A stretch of 25,394 nucleotides of DNA from Nitrospirota bacterium (GCA_020351835.1 CP070669.1:1575999-1601392), one strand, 5' to 3'; positions 6,448 to 16,038 are shown, counted from the first letter of the stretch. Notes: generated from the sequence alone by a model not told the origin. Numbers and translations: made by a program.

Positions 6448-7917
6448 ATGGAAACAAAAATATGCATCAGGCCCCTTCTTGCGATACTCGTGTCTCTTAT
6501 AGCCGTGGCCCCTATCGTACTTAGCAGTAAAAGGCCGAACCTTCGCGAGGGATGGACATTTATTGCCGGTATCATAAAGTTCTCTTTGGTCGCATCTATG
6601 GTACCGCTCGTTCTTGATGGTGTAAGGCTGGAGTATACCGTAGCTCAGGTTCTGCCCGGAATGGCGATCAAATTGGCGGTCGACCCGATGGGTTTGATGT
6701 TCGCATTAGTATCTTCTTCATTATGGATAGTAACCTCGGCTTATTCCATCGGTTACATGCGCGGGCTCGATGAGCATAGCCAGACGAGATACTTCTCTTT
6801 CTTTGCCATTGCGCTTTCATCTACCATAGGGGTAGCGTTCTCTGCAAACCTGTTCACCATGTACCTGTTCTATGAGATGCTTTCCCTGGCCACTTATCCT
6901 CTTGTTACTCACCATCAGGACGATGAGTCGCGATACTCGGGGAGAAAATACCTCGCATTCATACTTGGCACATCAATAGGTTTCGTGCTCCCTGCAATGC
7001 TGATATCTTACAACCTTGCGGGCACCCTGGAGTTTGCCAATAATGGCTTCCTTTCAGGTACTACATCAAAGACAGTAATGACGGTTCTGCTTATAATGTT
7101 CGTGTTCGGATTTGCAAAAGCTGCGATAATGCCGTTCCATGGATGGCTTCCTGCCGCGATGGTCGCCCCTACACCCGTCAGCGCTCTTCTTCATGCTGTT
7201 GCTGTTGTTAAGGTCGGAGTCTTCTCGATATTCCGCATCATAACAGGAGTATTCGGTACCGATATGCTGAGGTCGCTTGAACTCGGGACCGTTGTCGCTT
7301 ATCTGGCAGCATTCACAATAATAATAGCGTCACTTATAGCACTTTCACAGGACGGGCTGAAAAGAAGGCTGGCCTTTTCGACGATAGGTCAGCTTTCCTA
7401 CATAGTTCTTGGAGCAGCACTTCTTTCCCCGAAAGGTATGTCCGGTGGACTTGTCCATATAGCTATGCATGCATTCGGCAAGATAACCCTGTTCTTCTGC
7501 GCAGGTGCAATATATGTTGCTACCAGGAAAAAGAATATCAGTGATATGGTCGGTATCGGGAAAAGGATGCCCGTGACGATGATAGCTTTTCTGATAGGTT
7601 CTATGAGCGTTATTGGATTGCCTCCGACCGGAGGGTTCTTCAGTAAGTGGTATCTTGTTCTCGGAACTATAGAAGCTGATCAGATCGTTATGCTATTTGT
7701 TCTTTTAACAAGCTCTCTTCTTAATGCTGCATACTTTCTGCCTATTGTATATAAGGCATTCTTCTGTACTGCAGAGGAATCTATGTTTGATGATAAGGTA
7801 GCTGAGGCACCTGTGTGGTGCGTTGCACCGCTTTCTTTAACGGCCTTGGTCTCTATCGCTTTGTTCTTTTATCCGACCTTATTTATGAGATTAGCAGAGA
7901 TGGCATTAGGTGTCTGA
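6448..7917 (+). CDS. second proton-conducting antiporter-like subunit (NuoL/M/N or MrpA/D-like)
   Basis: AAIMPFHGWLPAAMVAPTPVSALLHAVAVVKVGVF and GLPPTGGFFSKWYLVLG motifs. Likely start ATG 6448 (METKICIRPLL), since the track start 6415 overlaps the upstream gene. Confidence 0.85.
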   Translation: METKICIRPLLAILVSLIAVAPIVLSSKRPNLREGWTFIAGIIKFSLVASMVPLVLDGVRLEYTVAQVLPGMAIKLAVDPMGLMFALVSSSLWIVTSAYSIGYMRGLDEHSQTRYFSFFAIALSSTIGVAFSANLFTMYLFYEMLSLATYPLVTHHQDDESRYSGRKYLAFILGTSIGFVLPAMLISYNLAGTLEFANNGFLSGTTSKTVMTVLLIMFVFGFAKAAIMPFHGWLPAAMVAPTPVSALLHAVAVVKVGVFSIFRIITGVFGTDMLRSLELGTVVAYLAAFTIIIASLIALSQDGLKRRLAFSTIGQLSYIVLGAALLSPKGMSGGLVHIAMHAFGKITLFFCAGAIYVATRKKNISDMVGIGKRMPVTMIAFLIGSMSVIGLPPTGGFFSKWYLVLGTIEADQIVMLFVLLTSSLLNAAYFLPIVYKAFFCTAEESMFDDKVAEAPVWCVAPLSLTALVSIALFFYPTLFMRLAEMALGV

Positions 7918-7927
7918 GGAGGTTAAT

Positions 7928-8176
7928 ATGCAAGGTGAAAAAGAAAAGGATTATTTCGAAAGGCCGGGCAATATCAAGAAGCTTTGGATAGCTCTGTATG
8001 TTGTGTGCGCTTTAACTATAGTATTTGAGCTGTTCATTGACAGGACACCTCATTTTGGTATTGATAGAATATTCGGTTTCTATGCATTGCTTGGATTTGT
8101 CTCTTGTGCGATCCTGATCATTATTGCTAAGGTGATCGGATTTATCCTGAAGAAGAACGAGGACTATTATGATTAA
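7928..8176 (+). CDS. small two-TM protein embedded in the Mrp-like operon
   Basis: SD GAGGAGG at 7916-7922, ATG 7928, MQGEKEKDYFERPGNIKKLWIALYVVCALTIVFELFI...KKNEDYYD (82 aa); overlaps the next gene start. Confidence 0.7.
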   Translation: MQGEKEKDYFERPGNIKKLWIALYVVCALTIVFELFIDRTPHFGIDRIFGFYALLGFVSCAILIIIAKVIGFILKKNEDYYD

Positions 8177-9929
8177 TATACATCCTGGATGGCTTTTAAT
8201 TGCAGGCGCACTGCTTTTGCCGTTGATCGGTGGTAAAGCGCGCAACTGGTTCGTTATATTTCTTCCTGCCGCGGCATTGTACATTATTTCGCAGCTCCAG
8301 CCGGGCATGTCACTGCAGTATCATTTCTTCGGGTATGAACTTACTTTCCTCAGGGTAGACAGGTTAAGCAAGATATTCGGTTATATCTTTACTCTTAATG
8401 CTTTTGCCGCATTCATATATGCCTTTTACGTAAAGGATAGTACTCAGCACATGGCGGCTCTTTTTTATATTGGCAGTGCGCTGGGATCGGTTTTCGCCGG
8501 AGACCTCGTGTCCTTATATTTTCACTGGGAAGTAATGGCGATCGCGTCTACTTTCCTGATCCTTTCAAGGAGAACGAAAAAGGCGATGGGTGCCGGATTA
8601 AGGTACATACTTATGCATATTTTCGGAGGTCTCTGCCTGTTGGCGGGAATAGTGCTTTATATCTCAAAAACAGGCTCGATCGATTTTAACGCTATGACCG
8701 AAAGGACCGCGGCAACGTATCTCATACTCGTCGGGATACTTGTTAACGCAGCAGCACCTCCTCTTTCCGCGTGGCTTTCAGATGCCTATCCCGAAGCCAC
8801 AGTTACCGGTGGGGTTATACTGAGCGCGTATACCACAAAGACCGCAGTGTATACCCTGATAAGAGGATTTCCCGGCTGGGAGATACTTATAGTGGTCGGT
8901 TGCATAATGACGATCTACGGTATTATATATGCGCTTCTTGAGAATGACATGCGTCGTATACTTGCCTATAGCATTATTAACCAGGTCGGTTTCATGGTGA
9001 CGGGCGTAGGGATCGGTACTGTCATGTCATTGAACGGGGCCGCAGCGCACGCTTTTGCTCATATCATATACAAAGCGCTGCTATGGATGTCCGCAGGTTC
9101 GGTCCTTTACATGACAGGTAAAAGCAAGTGTACAGAGCTCGGGGGTCTGTATAAAACTATGCCTTGGACAATGATTTTTGGTACGATAGGGGCACTTGCG
9201 ATCTCTTCGTTCCCAGGCACGAGTGGCTTCACGACAAAAACACTTATTATAGAGAGCTCGGTCCATCAGCATCTCTTTTGGGTATGGATGGTACTGGAGA
9301 TCGCTTCAGCCGGCGTTTTCCTGCATGCCGGAATTAAGTTCCCCTATTTTGTGTTCTTTGCCAAGGACAGGGGCCTCCGTCCCGGAGAAACGAATAGGTC
9401 GATGCTGGTTGCGATGGCCTTTATGGCGTTCCTGTGTATCTTCCTCGGGTTGTTCCCGGGTCCTCTTTATGATATTCTCCCTTTTGAAATGGAACACTAT
9501 CACGCATATTCCTTTGCACATGTTACTACTCAGTTGCAGCTCTTAATGCTGTCAGCTCTTGTTTTCTTCCTGTTCCTTCCTCTTCTTAAAAGAACTGACA
9601 CTATTGCGATCGATACCGATTGGATCTACAGAAGAGGAGGTGCTTTTTTCTATTCTGTGGTTGACAGGGTTCTAAATGGGTTTAATGAGGTTGTGGAAAG
9701 ATTGGTGGTAAAGGGGTTGGTCCGGTCCATTGTCAATTTTTCACAGCTCGCTCCTGCTCTGGTGCTCTCTGCACTTATATATCCCTATTGGGTAATAAGC
9801 GGTTTTGACAAGAAAGAGAGGGCACAAAGGAAGGAAGAGCTGTATCGTGACATCAATACGGGAGCTATGTCGGTTGGCTTAATATCCATCTCTGTTCTCC
9901 TTTATTTAGGGATATTGTTTATCTTTTAA
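8169..9929 (+). CDS. third proton-conducting antiporter-like subunit
   Basis: 586 aa, many TMs; AAAPPLSAWLSDAYPEATVTGGVILSAYTTKTAVYTLIRGFPG, AFAHIIYKALLWMSAGSVLYMTGKSKCTELGGLYKTMP are Proton_antipo_M-type motifs. Confidence 0.85.
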   Translation: MINIHPGWLLIAGALLLPLIGGKARNWFVIFLPAAALYIISQLQPGMSLQYHFFGYELTFLRVDRLSKIFGYIFTLNAFAAFIYAFYVKDSTQHMAALFYIGSALGSVFAGDLVSLYFHWEVMAIASTFLILSRRTKKAMGAGLRYILMHIFGGLCLLAGIVLYISKTGSIDFNAMTERTAATYLILVGILVNAAAPPLSAWLSDAYPEATVTGGVILSAYTTKTAVYTLIRGFPGWEILIVVGCIMTIYGIIYALLENDMRRILAYSIINQVGFMVTGVGIGTVMSLNGAAAHAFAHIIYKALLWMSAGSVLYMTGKSKCTELGGLYKTMPWTMIFGTIGALAISSFPGTSGFTTKTLIIESSVHQHLFWVWMVLEIASAGVFLHAGIKFPYFVFFAKDRGLRPGETNRSMLVAMAFMAFLCIFLGLFPGPLYDILPFEMEHYHAYSFAHVTTQLQLLMLSALVFFLFLPLLKRTDTIAIDTDWIYRRGGAFFYSVVDRVLNGFNEVVERLVVKGLVRSIVNFSQLAPALVLSALIYPYWVISGFDKKERAQRKEELYRDINTGAMSVGLISISVLLYLGILFIF

Positions 9930-9988
9930 ACAGTTGTTGCCCATAATCTTACCTAAATCGTCCATAAGAATATAAAATCTCAATTTTA

Positions 9989-10018
9989 TTGACATAATTC
10001 GCTGTAGATTCGTATCAT
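9989..10018 (+). promoter_or_regulatory. candidate sigma70 promoter for the TauE-type gene
   Basis: TTGACA (9989-9994), 18-nt spacer, TATCAT (10013-10018); SD AAAGGAGG follows before ATG 10097. Confidence 0.55.
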
Positions 10019-10096
10019 AAGCCTCGGTTTTCCTTTGTATTCTTTTAATCATAGTTTAAAGATATTCTCAAATAGGCCTAAAAGGAGGCGGATGTA

Positions 10097-11059
10097 ATGT
10101 TGCGAATGAGACATCTTATTCTTATTATTTCTGTAGTTATGGTCGTTGTATCTGTATTTGGGGTTGCTTTCGGATCTGAAGTGGCCGAAGCACCTGCAGC
10201 TGTAGAAGGGGATGGCCAAGCCTGGTGGTTCTGGCCGCTAGTCCTGCTCATACTCTGTTTCTTCCTTGGTGTATTTGCGGTCCTTGCTGGTGTAGGGGGC
10301 GGTGTTCTTTACGTCCCTATCGTTAGTGGGTTCCTGCCTTTTCATCTTGATTTCGTAAGGGGGGCCGGATTGATAGTCGCCCTTGCAGGTGCACTTGCAG
10401 CCGGCCCGGGACTGCTTAAGAAGGGCATGGCCGACCTGAGACTTGCCATACCTGTTGCGCTGATAGCGTCTACTTGCGCAATATTCGGTGCGATGATAGG
10501 GTTGGCACTTCCTACACATATAGTTCAGACCCTTCTCGGAGCCACGATACTCGGTATAGTTTTGATTATGATAAAGGCCAAGAAGTCAGAGTTCCCGGAG
10601 GTCCCTAATCCTGATAGATTGTCACAATCACTCAGAATAATGGGCGTATACTATGAGCCGACCAGGAAAGAGGATATCAACTGGCAGATTCACAGGACGC
10701 CTCTCGGTCTCGGCCTGTTCGTCTTTATAGGAATCATGGCCGGTATGTTCGGGCTCGGCGCCGGTTGGGCAAATGTACCGGTCCTTAACCTTGTTATGGG
10801 AGCGCCGATAAAGATATCCGTTGCTACGAGTAAGTTCCTTTTATCGATAACGGATACATCGGCAGCCTGGATATACCTTAATAATGGTGCTGTTCTTCCT
10901 TTGATGGTGGTTCCGTCAGTGGTAGGGATAATGCTGGGATCGTTCGTCGGAGTAAGGGTCCTTGCCGTTACGAAGCCGTCTGTAATAAGGATACTCGTAA
11001 TTGCCGTTCTGGGTGTTGCCGGCCTTAAGGCACTTCTTAAGGGTCTTGGTATAGGATAG
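10097..11059 (+). CDS. TauE/SafE (TSUP) family sulfite/sulfonate exporter-like permease
   Basis: 320 aa. Repeated TauE-like halves: GVGGGVLYVPIVSGFLPF and MFGLGAGWANVPVLNLVMGAPIKISVATSKFLLSITDTSAAWIYLNNGA. Confidence 0.85.
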   Translation: MLRMRHLILIISVVMVVVSVFGVAFGSEVAEAPAAVEGDGQAWWFWPLVLLILCFFLGVFAVLAGVGGGVLYVPIVSGFLPFHLDFVRGAGLIVALAGALAAGPGLLKKGMADLRLAIPVALIASTCAIFGAMIGLALPTHIVQTLLGATILGIVLIMIKAKKSEFPEVPNPDRLSQSLRIMGVYYEPTRKEDINWQIHRTPLGLGLFVFIGIMAGMFGLGAGWANVPVLNLVMGAPIKISVATSKFLLSITDTSAAWIYLNNGAVLPLMVVPSVVGIMLGSFVGVRVLAVTKPSVIRILVIAVLGVAGLKALLKGLGIG

Positions 11060-11086
11060 ATAAGGGATAAATACAGGAGGATAAAT

Positions 11087-11497
11087 ATGGAAAATAAAGC
11101 AACAGAAGAACAGATACTATATGCGAATCTGTTGAATAAAGGAATGCTGATAGGGCTTGTTGGTCTAGTTATCACCTTCGTTGTATATGGAGGGGGAATT
11201 TTGAAGCCTTTTATTCCGATCGGTGATGTTCAGAACTACTGGGTGCTCCCTGTAAGTGAATATCTCGAAAAAAGCGGAATGCATGCCGGTTGGTGGTGGC
11301 TTAGTAATCTGAAGTTCGGTGATCTGCTGAATTTTCTGCCGATCGCTTTTCTTTCAGCAGTAACGATCTTTTGTTATGCAGCTATAGTGCCGGGGCTTTT
11401 AAAGAAGAAGGATACGGCATACGTTGTTCTTGCCATACTTGAGGTGATAGTGCTTGTGGTAGCAGCCTCAGGGATACTAGGTTCCGGAGGACATTAA
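11087..11497 (+). CDS. small membrane protein co-transcribed with TauE (possibly DUF1634-like)
   Basis: 136 aa with three to four predicted TM segments, 27 nt downstream of tauE; family assignment is from context only. Confidence 0.6.
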   Translation: MENKATEEQILYANLLNKGMLIGLVGLVITFVVYGGGILKPFIPIGDVQNYWVLPVSEYLEKSGMHAGWWWLSNLKFGDLLNFLPIAFLSAVTIFCYAAIVPGLLKKKDTAYVVLAILEVIVLVVAASGILGSGGH

Positions 11498-11519
11498 AGG
11501 GCACTTGGTTAATTATGAA

Positions 11520-11545
11520 GGGCGGCCCGAGGCCGCCCTTTTTTA
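11520..11545 (+). terminator. rho-independent terminator
   Basis: GGGCGGCC (11520-11527) - CGA - GGCCGCCC (11531-11538) followed by TTTTTTATT. Confidence 0.9.
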
Positions 11546-11582
11546 TTGACCTGCCAATTGTTAGGCTGTATATTGAACTGTA

Positions 11583-12482
11583 ATGGAACTGCTTAAGATA
11601 ATTTTCCCAGCTTCAGGGGTAGAAACATATCTGTTCATTCCTCCACTCGTTGCCTTTGTTATATCTTTTTTCTCTTCAATGGCAGGTCTGTCCGGTGCAT
11701 TCTTTATCCTTCCGTTCCAGATGAGCGTATTCGGTTTTACGTCTCCTTCTGTAAGCTCAACAAACTTCCTGTATAACGTAGTAAGTATTCCTGGAGGGGT
11801 GTTAAGATTCATTCGGGAAAAACGGATGTCCTGGCCTCTCATTTTTGTTATAGTTGCTGGAACATTTCCAGGTGTCTTCGCTGGTTACTTTATAAGAATA
11901 AGATACCTTCCCGACCCGAAAGCATTCAAGCTGTTCGTTGGCCTTGTATTGTTTTATATAGGGATAAGGTTGATAAGAGGTTTCAGGAATAAAAGGAAAA
12001 GGGCCGATCAGGGTGATGCAAGTATGTTCGTTATTTCTAATGTCAGTTATAGCCTGAAAAGAATAAGTTACGATTTTAATGGTGAGACGTTCTCGTTCAG
12101 TGTTCCCGCTATGTTCTTGCTGTCCGCTATAGTAGGAATTATCGGTGGCATTTATGGTATCGGAGGGGGTGCCATCATAGCTCCATTCTGTGTTTCTGTG
12201 TTCGGGTTACCCGTATATACTGTTGCCGGTGCCGCTCTTATGGGGACGTTGATAACGTCCGTTGCGGGGGTATTTGTATACAGCATTGTTCCTTTCGGCG
12301 ATGGTATGGCGGCTCCTCCTGACTGGTCCCTGGGAGCGCTTTTCGGCCTGGGGGGGCTTGCGGGTATATATCTGGGTGCGAAGGTCCAGAGATTCATGCC
12401 CGAACGCGTGATAAAGGTAATACTTGCACTAATTATATTCTGGGTATCAGCAAGATATATATATCAGTTTATAGCCGGGTAG
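11583..12482 (+). CDS. second TauE/SafE (TSUP) family permease
   Basis: 299 aa. SSMAGLSGAFFILPFQMSVFGFTSPSVSSTNFLYNVVSIPGGVLRF and GGIYGIGGGAIIAPFCVSVFGLPVYTVAGAALMGTLITSVAGVF. Confidence 0.85.
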   Translation: MELLKIIFPASGVETYLFIPPLVAFVISFFSSMAGLSGAFFILPFQMSVFGFTSPSVSSTNFLYNVVSIPGGVLRFIREKRMSWPLIFVIVAGTFPGVFAGYFIRIRYLPDPKAFKLFVGLVLFYIGIRLIRGFRNKRKRADQGDASMFVISNVSYSLKRISYDFNGETFSFSVPAMFLLSAIVGIIGGIYGIGGGAIIAPFCVSVFGLPVYTVAGAALMGTLITSVAGVFVYSIVPFGDGMAAPPDWSLGALFGLGGLAGIYLGAKVQRFMPERVIKVILALIIFWVSARYIYQFIAG

Positions 12483-12491
12483 AACGGTCTG

Positions 12492-12947
12492 CTAACGCCC
12501 GGTCCCGTTCTTCTTAAGCAGCTCACTTATTTTACGGTTCTTTCTGGACATGGAGGTCATTAAAGCTGTCTTTCCGTAAATGTCCTTCTTTTCAGTATCT
12601 GCTCCGTTTTCTAATAATATCTTTACGATAAGGGGGTTCCCTGTGACGACGGCCCACATCAGTACCGTTGTGCCTTCACTGTCGCTTGCATTTACATCGG
12701 CTCTTTTGGAAATAAGGAACCTGGCCATCTTAACATTCTCATTGACCACTGCCCACATGAGAGTTGTCTTTCCGTAATGGTCCCTCGTGTCCACAGGGAT
12801 GCCTGAGTTCACGAGCTCCATTACCTTGGCCGTGTCATTATGGTATGCATATTTGATTATCTTATGGACGCTCTTCGAGGCAGACAACGAAATGCTGGGG
12901 GCAACAAGGCATATTATAATAACGAATATAATTTGTCTGAAGGACAT
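12492..12947 (-). CDS. secreted/periplasmic ankyrin-repeat protein
   Basis: 151 aa. N-terminal signal peptide-like MSFRQIIFVIIICLVAPSISLSA; ankyrin repeats DHYGKTTLMWAVVNENVKMARFLISKRADVNASDSEGTTVLMWAVVTGNPLIVKILLENGADTEKKDIYGKTALM. Confidence 0.85.
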   Translation of the reverse strand: MSFRQIIFVIIICLVAPSISLSASKSVHKIIKYAYHNDTAKVMELVNSGIPVDTRDHYGKTTLMWAVVNENVKMARFLISKRADVNASDSEGTTVLMWAVVTGNPLIVKILLENGADTEKKDIYGKTALMTSMSRKNRKISELLKKNGTGR

Positions 12948-13065
12948 TTCAGATATATTTTACCTTAATAATATTGAATTTTACATTGCTACTTAAAAGA
13001 GTGCAATTAAGGTTTATGAAGCAACGTATTCTGATATAATTAATGAAAGTTAGAACAGATTAGGA

Positions 13066-14307
13066 ATGATAACCAAACAGCTTGTCATAAACCTCCTTCT
13101 CATCCTGTCCGTTGCATGGATCATGGGGGATGTGTTCAGAAGGCTAGGATTGCCTTTTGTTATGGGAGAATTATTTGCGGGCATCCTTCTGGGCCCTCCT
13201 GTCCTGGGGCTGGTAACGGCTGCTCCCCCTCTTGAGCTAATGGCAGAGTTTGGGATCTTCTTTGTCATGTTCCATACCGGACTTGAAATGGACCCTAAAG
13301 AGCTTATAGAACATATCAGACCTTCACTTGCCGTAGCTGTCGGCGGATTTGTTCTTCCTTTCATGCTGGGATATTTTGTGACAAGGATGTTCGGAGGTAC
13401 TCTATATCAGTCATTGTTCGTCGGAATGGGCATATCGATAACTGCAATTGCAGTTCAGTCGGTCGTTCTTCGTTCGATGAGGATCCATTCTACCTATCTG
13501 GGACATATAATTATTGGTGCTGCCATTGCCGATGATATTCTTTCTCTGATCGGATTATCCGTTCTGATAGGCCTGGCAAAAACGGGATCTTTCGAACCGG
13601 TCAGCGTTATAATCGTACTTTCAAAGGTTGTAGGGTTCTTTGCTGTAACTATCTTGATGGGGCAATATGTAGTCCCCAGGTTTACAATTCGCCTCCATGA
13701 CCGGGAAGCAAAGGCTTTTACCTTTGCCATGGTTACTGCTTTGTTGATGGCGTTCCTCGCTGAGCTTGCCGGACTGCACCTGATCATTGGTGCCTTTATG
13801 GCAGGGCAGTTCGTACGTAAGGAGATGATGGATGAAAAGATATTTGACGCCATAAGCGACCGTTTCTACGGATTAAGCTACGGATTTCTGGTTCCTATTT
13901 TCTTTGTTTCCCTATCTTTCCATCTCCACATACCCTGGGATCTTAGTTTTATGGCGTTCGCCGCGGTTCTCACCGGAATGGCAGTTGTAGGCAAAGTTAT
14001 CGGCAGTGGAGTGGGGTTGGCTTTCTTCAGGAGGGATATAAGGGAGTCCCTTATAGTGGGATTTGGTATGAATGGACGTGGTGCGGTAGAGCTGGTAGTA
14101 GCGACCATAGTTCTGCAACTTAGCAGTGACCTTATGGCATCAGGAACTATAGCCGAACCATTGCTGACAGAGAACCAGTTCTCTGCGCTTATATTGATGG
14201 CATTTGTCACTACTGTTATGGCTCCAATAACGCTGAAACTCTCAGTAGTTAAGGCATGTAAAGCAGATGAAGCGGCAACATTTTGCAAGCTAATGGATGA
14301 GAACTGA
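13066..14307 (+). CDS. CPA2/Kef-type cation:proton antiporter
   Basis: 413 aa. FVMGELFAGILLGPPVLG, FHTGLEMDPKEL, GAAIADDILSLIGLSVLIG, GFGMNGRGAVELVVATI are monovalent CPA2 signatures. Confidence 0.88.
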   Translation: MITKQLVINLLLILSVAWIMGDVFRRLGLPFVMGELFAGILLGPPVLGLVTAAPPLELMAEFGIFFVMFHTGLEMDPKELIEHIRPSLAVAVGGFVLPFMLGYFVTRMFGGTLYQSLFVGMGISITAIAVQSVVLRSMRIHSTYLGHIIIGAAIADDILSLIGLSVLIGLAKTGSFEPVSVIIVLSKVVGFFAVTILMGQYVVPRFTIRLHDREAKAFTFAMVTALLMAFLAELAGLHLIIGAFMAGQFVRKEMMDEKIFDAISDRFYGLSYGFLVPIFFVSLSFHLHIPWDLSFMAFAAVLTGMAVVGKVIGSGVGLAFFRRDIRESLIVGFGMNGRGAVELVVATIVLQLSSDLMASGTIAEPLLTENQFSALILMAFVTTVMAPITLKLSVVKACKADEAATFCKLMDEN

Positions 14308-14469
14308 ATCTTCCTTGCCGGGATGTTTTAGCAGTTGTTATTTATTGTTCTATCAAATCGCTTAAATCTAATGGTCTGACATAACTGCGATCACTTGACA
14401 ATTGTGAAATGTTGGTAAAAAATCTAAATATAAGGCAGTGCACCAGTGTTAGTGAGGGGAATCTGGATC

Positions 14470-15837
14470 ATGCATATCGAAAGAAGGCACCGGGAAAGAA
14501 GGTCGGAGAGGGTTAAGTATGACATAATGAAGCCCTTCCAGCAGTTCGCTCGTAACGAGGCATCAAGTTCCATACTGCTTATGGGAATGACAGTTATGGC
14601 GCTTATATGGGCAAATTCTCCACTTGCAACGACTTATCATCATTTCTGGGAGACTGAACTTCATTTGTCTCTCGGCGGACATGAGATATCCAGAAGCCTA
14701 AGGGACTGGATAGATGAGGGGCTGATGGCCTTCTTTTTCTTTACAGTCGGTCTTGAGATCAAAAGAGAGATATTGGTCGGTGAGCTTGCATCGATGAAGA
14801 GGGCGTTCCTCCCGGTTGGAGCGGCAATAGGGGGGATGGCGGTCCCGGCTCTGATATTCCTCTTTTTTAATAGTGGCTTATCAACAGCGTATGGTTGGGG
14901 TATTCCGATGGCTACTGACATTGCCTTTTCACTAGGAGTGCTATTTATTCTGGGCAAAAGGGTCCCGATAGGGATAAGAGTGTTCCTCTCCGCATTTGCT
15001 ATAGCTGACGACCTCGGGTCCGTGTTTGTTATAGCAGTGTTCTATACGAAACAGATCTTCACCGAGTATCTTTTAATATCAGCAGTCATCATATTATTCC
15101 TTGCTATTGCTAACTACATGTGGGTAAGGAAGGCTCTTATATACTCCATTCTGGGGATTTTATTGTGGCTGTCTATCCTGGCATCGGGTGTTCACGCGAC
15201 AGTGGCGGGTATAATCGTTGCCATGTTCATCCCGGCCAGGGCAAGGTATGATACGGATGGGTTTATCGAAAATGTTTCAAGATGCATGGAAGAGTATCAA
15301 TGCCCTCCTGATGGCTGCGGTGATACAGTAATGCTGAACCGCAGGCATCTTAATGCGGCTCAGGCCATTGAGATGGCCTGCCACAACTACGAAACTCCAC
15401 TCCAGAGACTCGAGCATGCTCTGCATCCATGGGTCGCCTTTCTTATCATACCGTTGTTTGCCCTGGCAAATGTAGGTGTAACGCTCTCAGGGCTGAATGC
15501 GGGGGATATGCTCTTTTCGCCTCTTGCGCTGGGAATAACGTTAGGGTTGGTCATAGGAAAACCGGTAGGAATCACACTCTTTGCATATATCACTGTTCGA
15601 TTAGGTATCGCCCAGCTTGCAGATGACATAAATTGGTGCCATATTGTCGGTGCCGGTATACTCGGAGGGATAGGTTTTACAATGTCTCTTTTTGTCTCCA
15701 GTCTTTCCTTTGCGGACCCGCAGATACTGGATTCGGCCAAGATCGCTATACTTACCGGGTCTATCATCTCAGGCATAACGGGACTCTTGATACTCAGGTT
15801 CGGCGTCGGGCTACATCCCGGGAAAAGTGCCAGCTAA
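14470..15837 (+). CDS. nhaA: Na+/H+ antiporter NhaA
   Basis: IWANSPLATTYHHFWE, GLMAFFFFTVGLEIKREIL, GWGIPMATDIAFSLGVL, IADDLGSVFVIAVFYT, GGIGFTMSLFVSSLSF. ATG 14470 has a better placed SD (GAGGGG) than the GTG start at 14446 given by the track. Confidence 0.93.
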   Translation: MHIERRHRERRSERVKYDIMKPFQQFARNEASSSILLMGMTVMALIWANSPLATTYHHFWETELHLSLGGHEISRSLRDWIDEGLMAFFFFTVGLEIKREILVGELASMKRAFLPVGAAIGGMAVPALIFLFFNSGLSTAYGWGIPMATDIAFSLGVLFILGKRVPIGIRVFLSAFAIADDLGSVFVIAVFYTKQIFTEYLLISAVIILFLAIANYMWVRKALIYSILGILLWLSILASGVHATVAGIIVAMFIPARARYDTDGFIENVSRCMEEYQCPPDGCGDTVMLNRRHLNAAQAIEMACHNYETPLQRLEHALHPWVAFLIIPLFALANVGVTLSGLNAGDMLFSPLALGITLGLVIGKPVGITLFAYITVRLGIAQLADDINWCHIVGAGILGGIGFTMSLFVSSLSFADPQILDSAKIAILTGSIISGITGLLILRFGVGLHPGKSAS

Positions 15838-16009
15838 CAACACCTTCCCCCTACTTTCTGTTTTCCTAAATGCTTGAAATAAAAGTAAATTTTAGAAATT
15901 AAAGCATATTAGTGTGCATGTATGTACAGCGAAAATGGCAATCGATGACATAAATGAACTAATAACAATAAATATAAGTAAAATTTATATTCTGATTTTA
16001 ATTTTTGTC

Positions 16010-16038
16010 TTGCAAAAGATTTTTTCATTATGTAGTAT
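16010..16038 (+). promoter_or_regulatory. candidate promoter for adk-sat-aprBA-qmoABC
   Basis: TTGCAA (16010-16015), 17-nt spacer, TAGTAT (16033-16038) in a long AT-rich intergenic region. Confidence 0.45.

Noticed and set aside
14393-14430. TTGACA upstream of nhaA as a promoter
   Set aside because: No acceptable -10 hexamer lies at 16-18 nt spacing.
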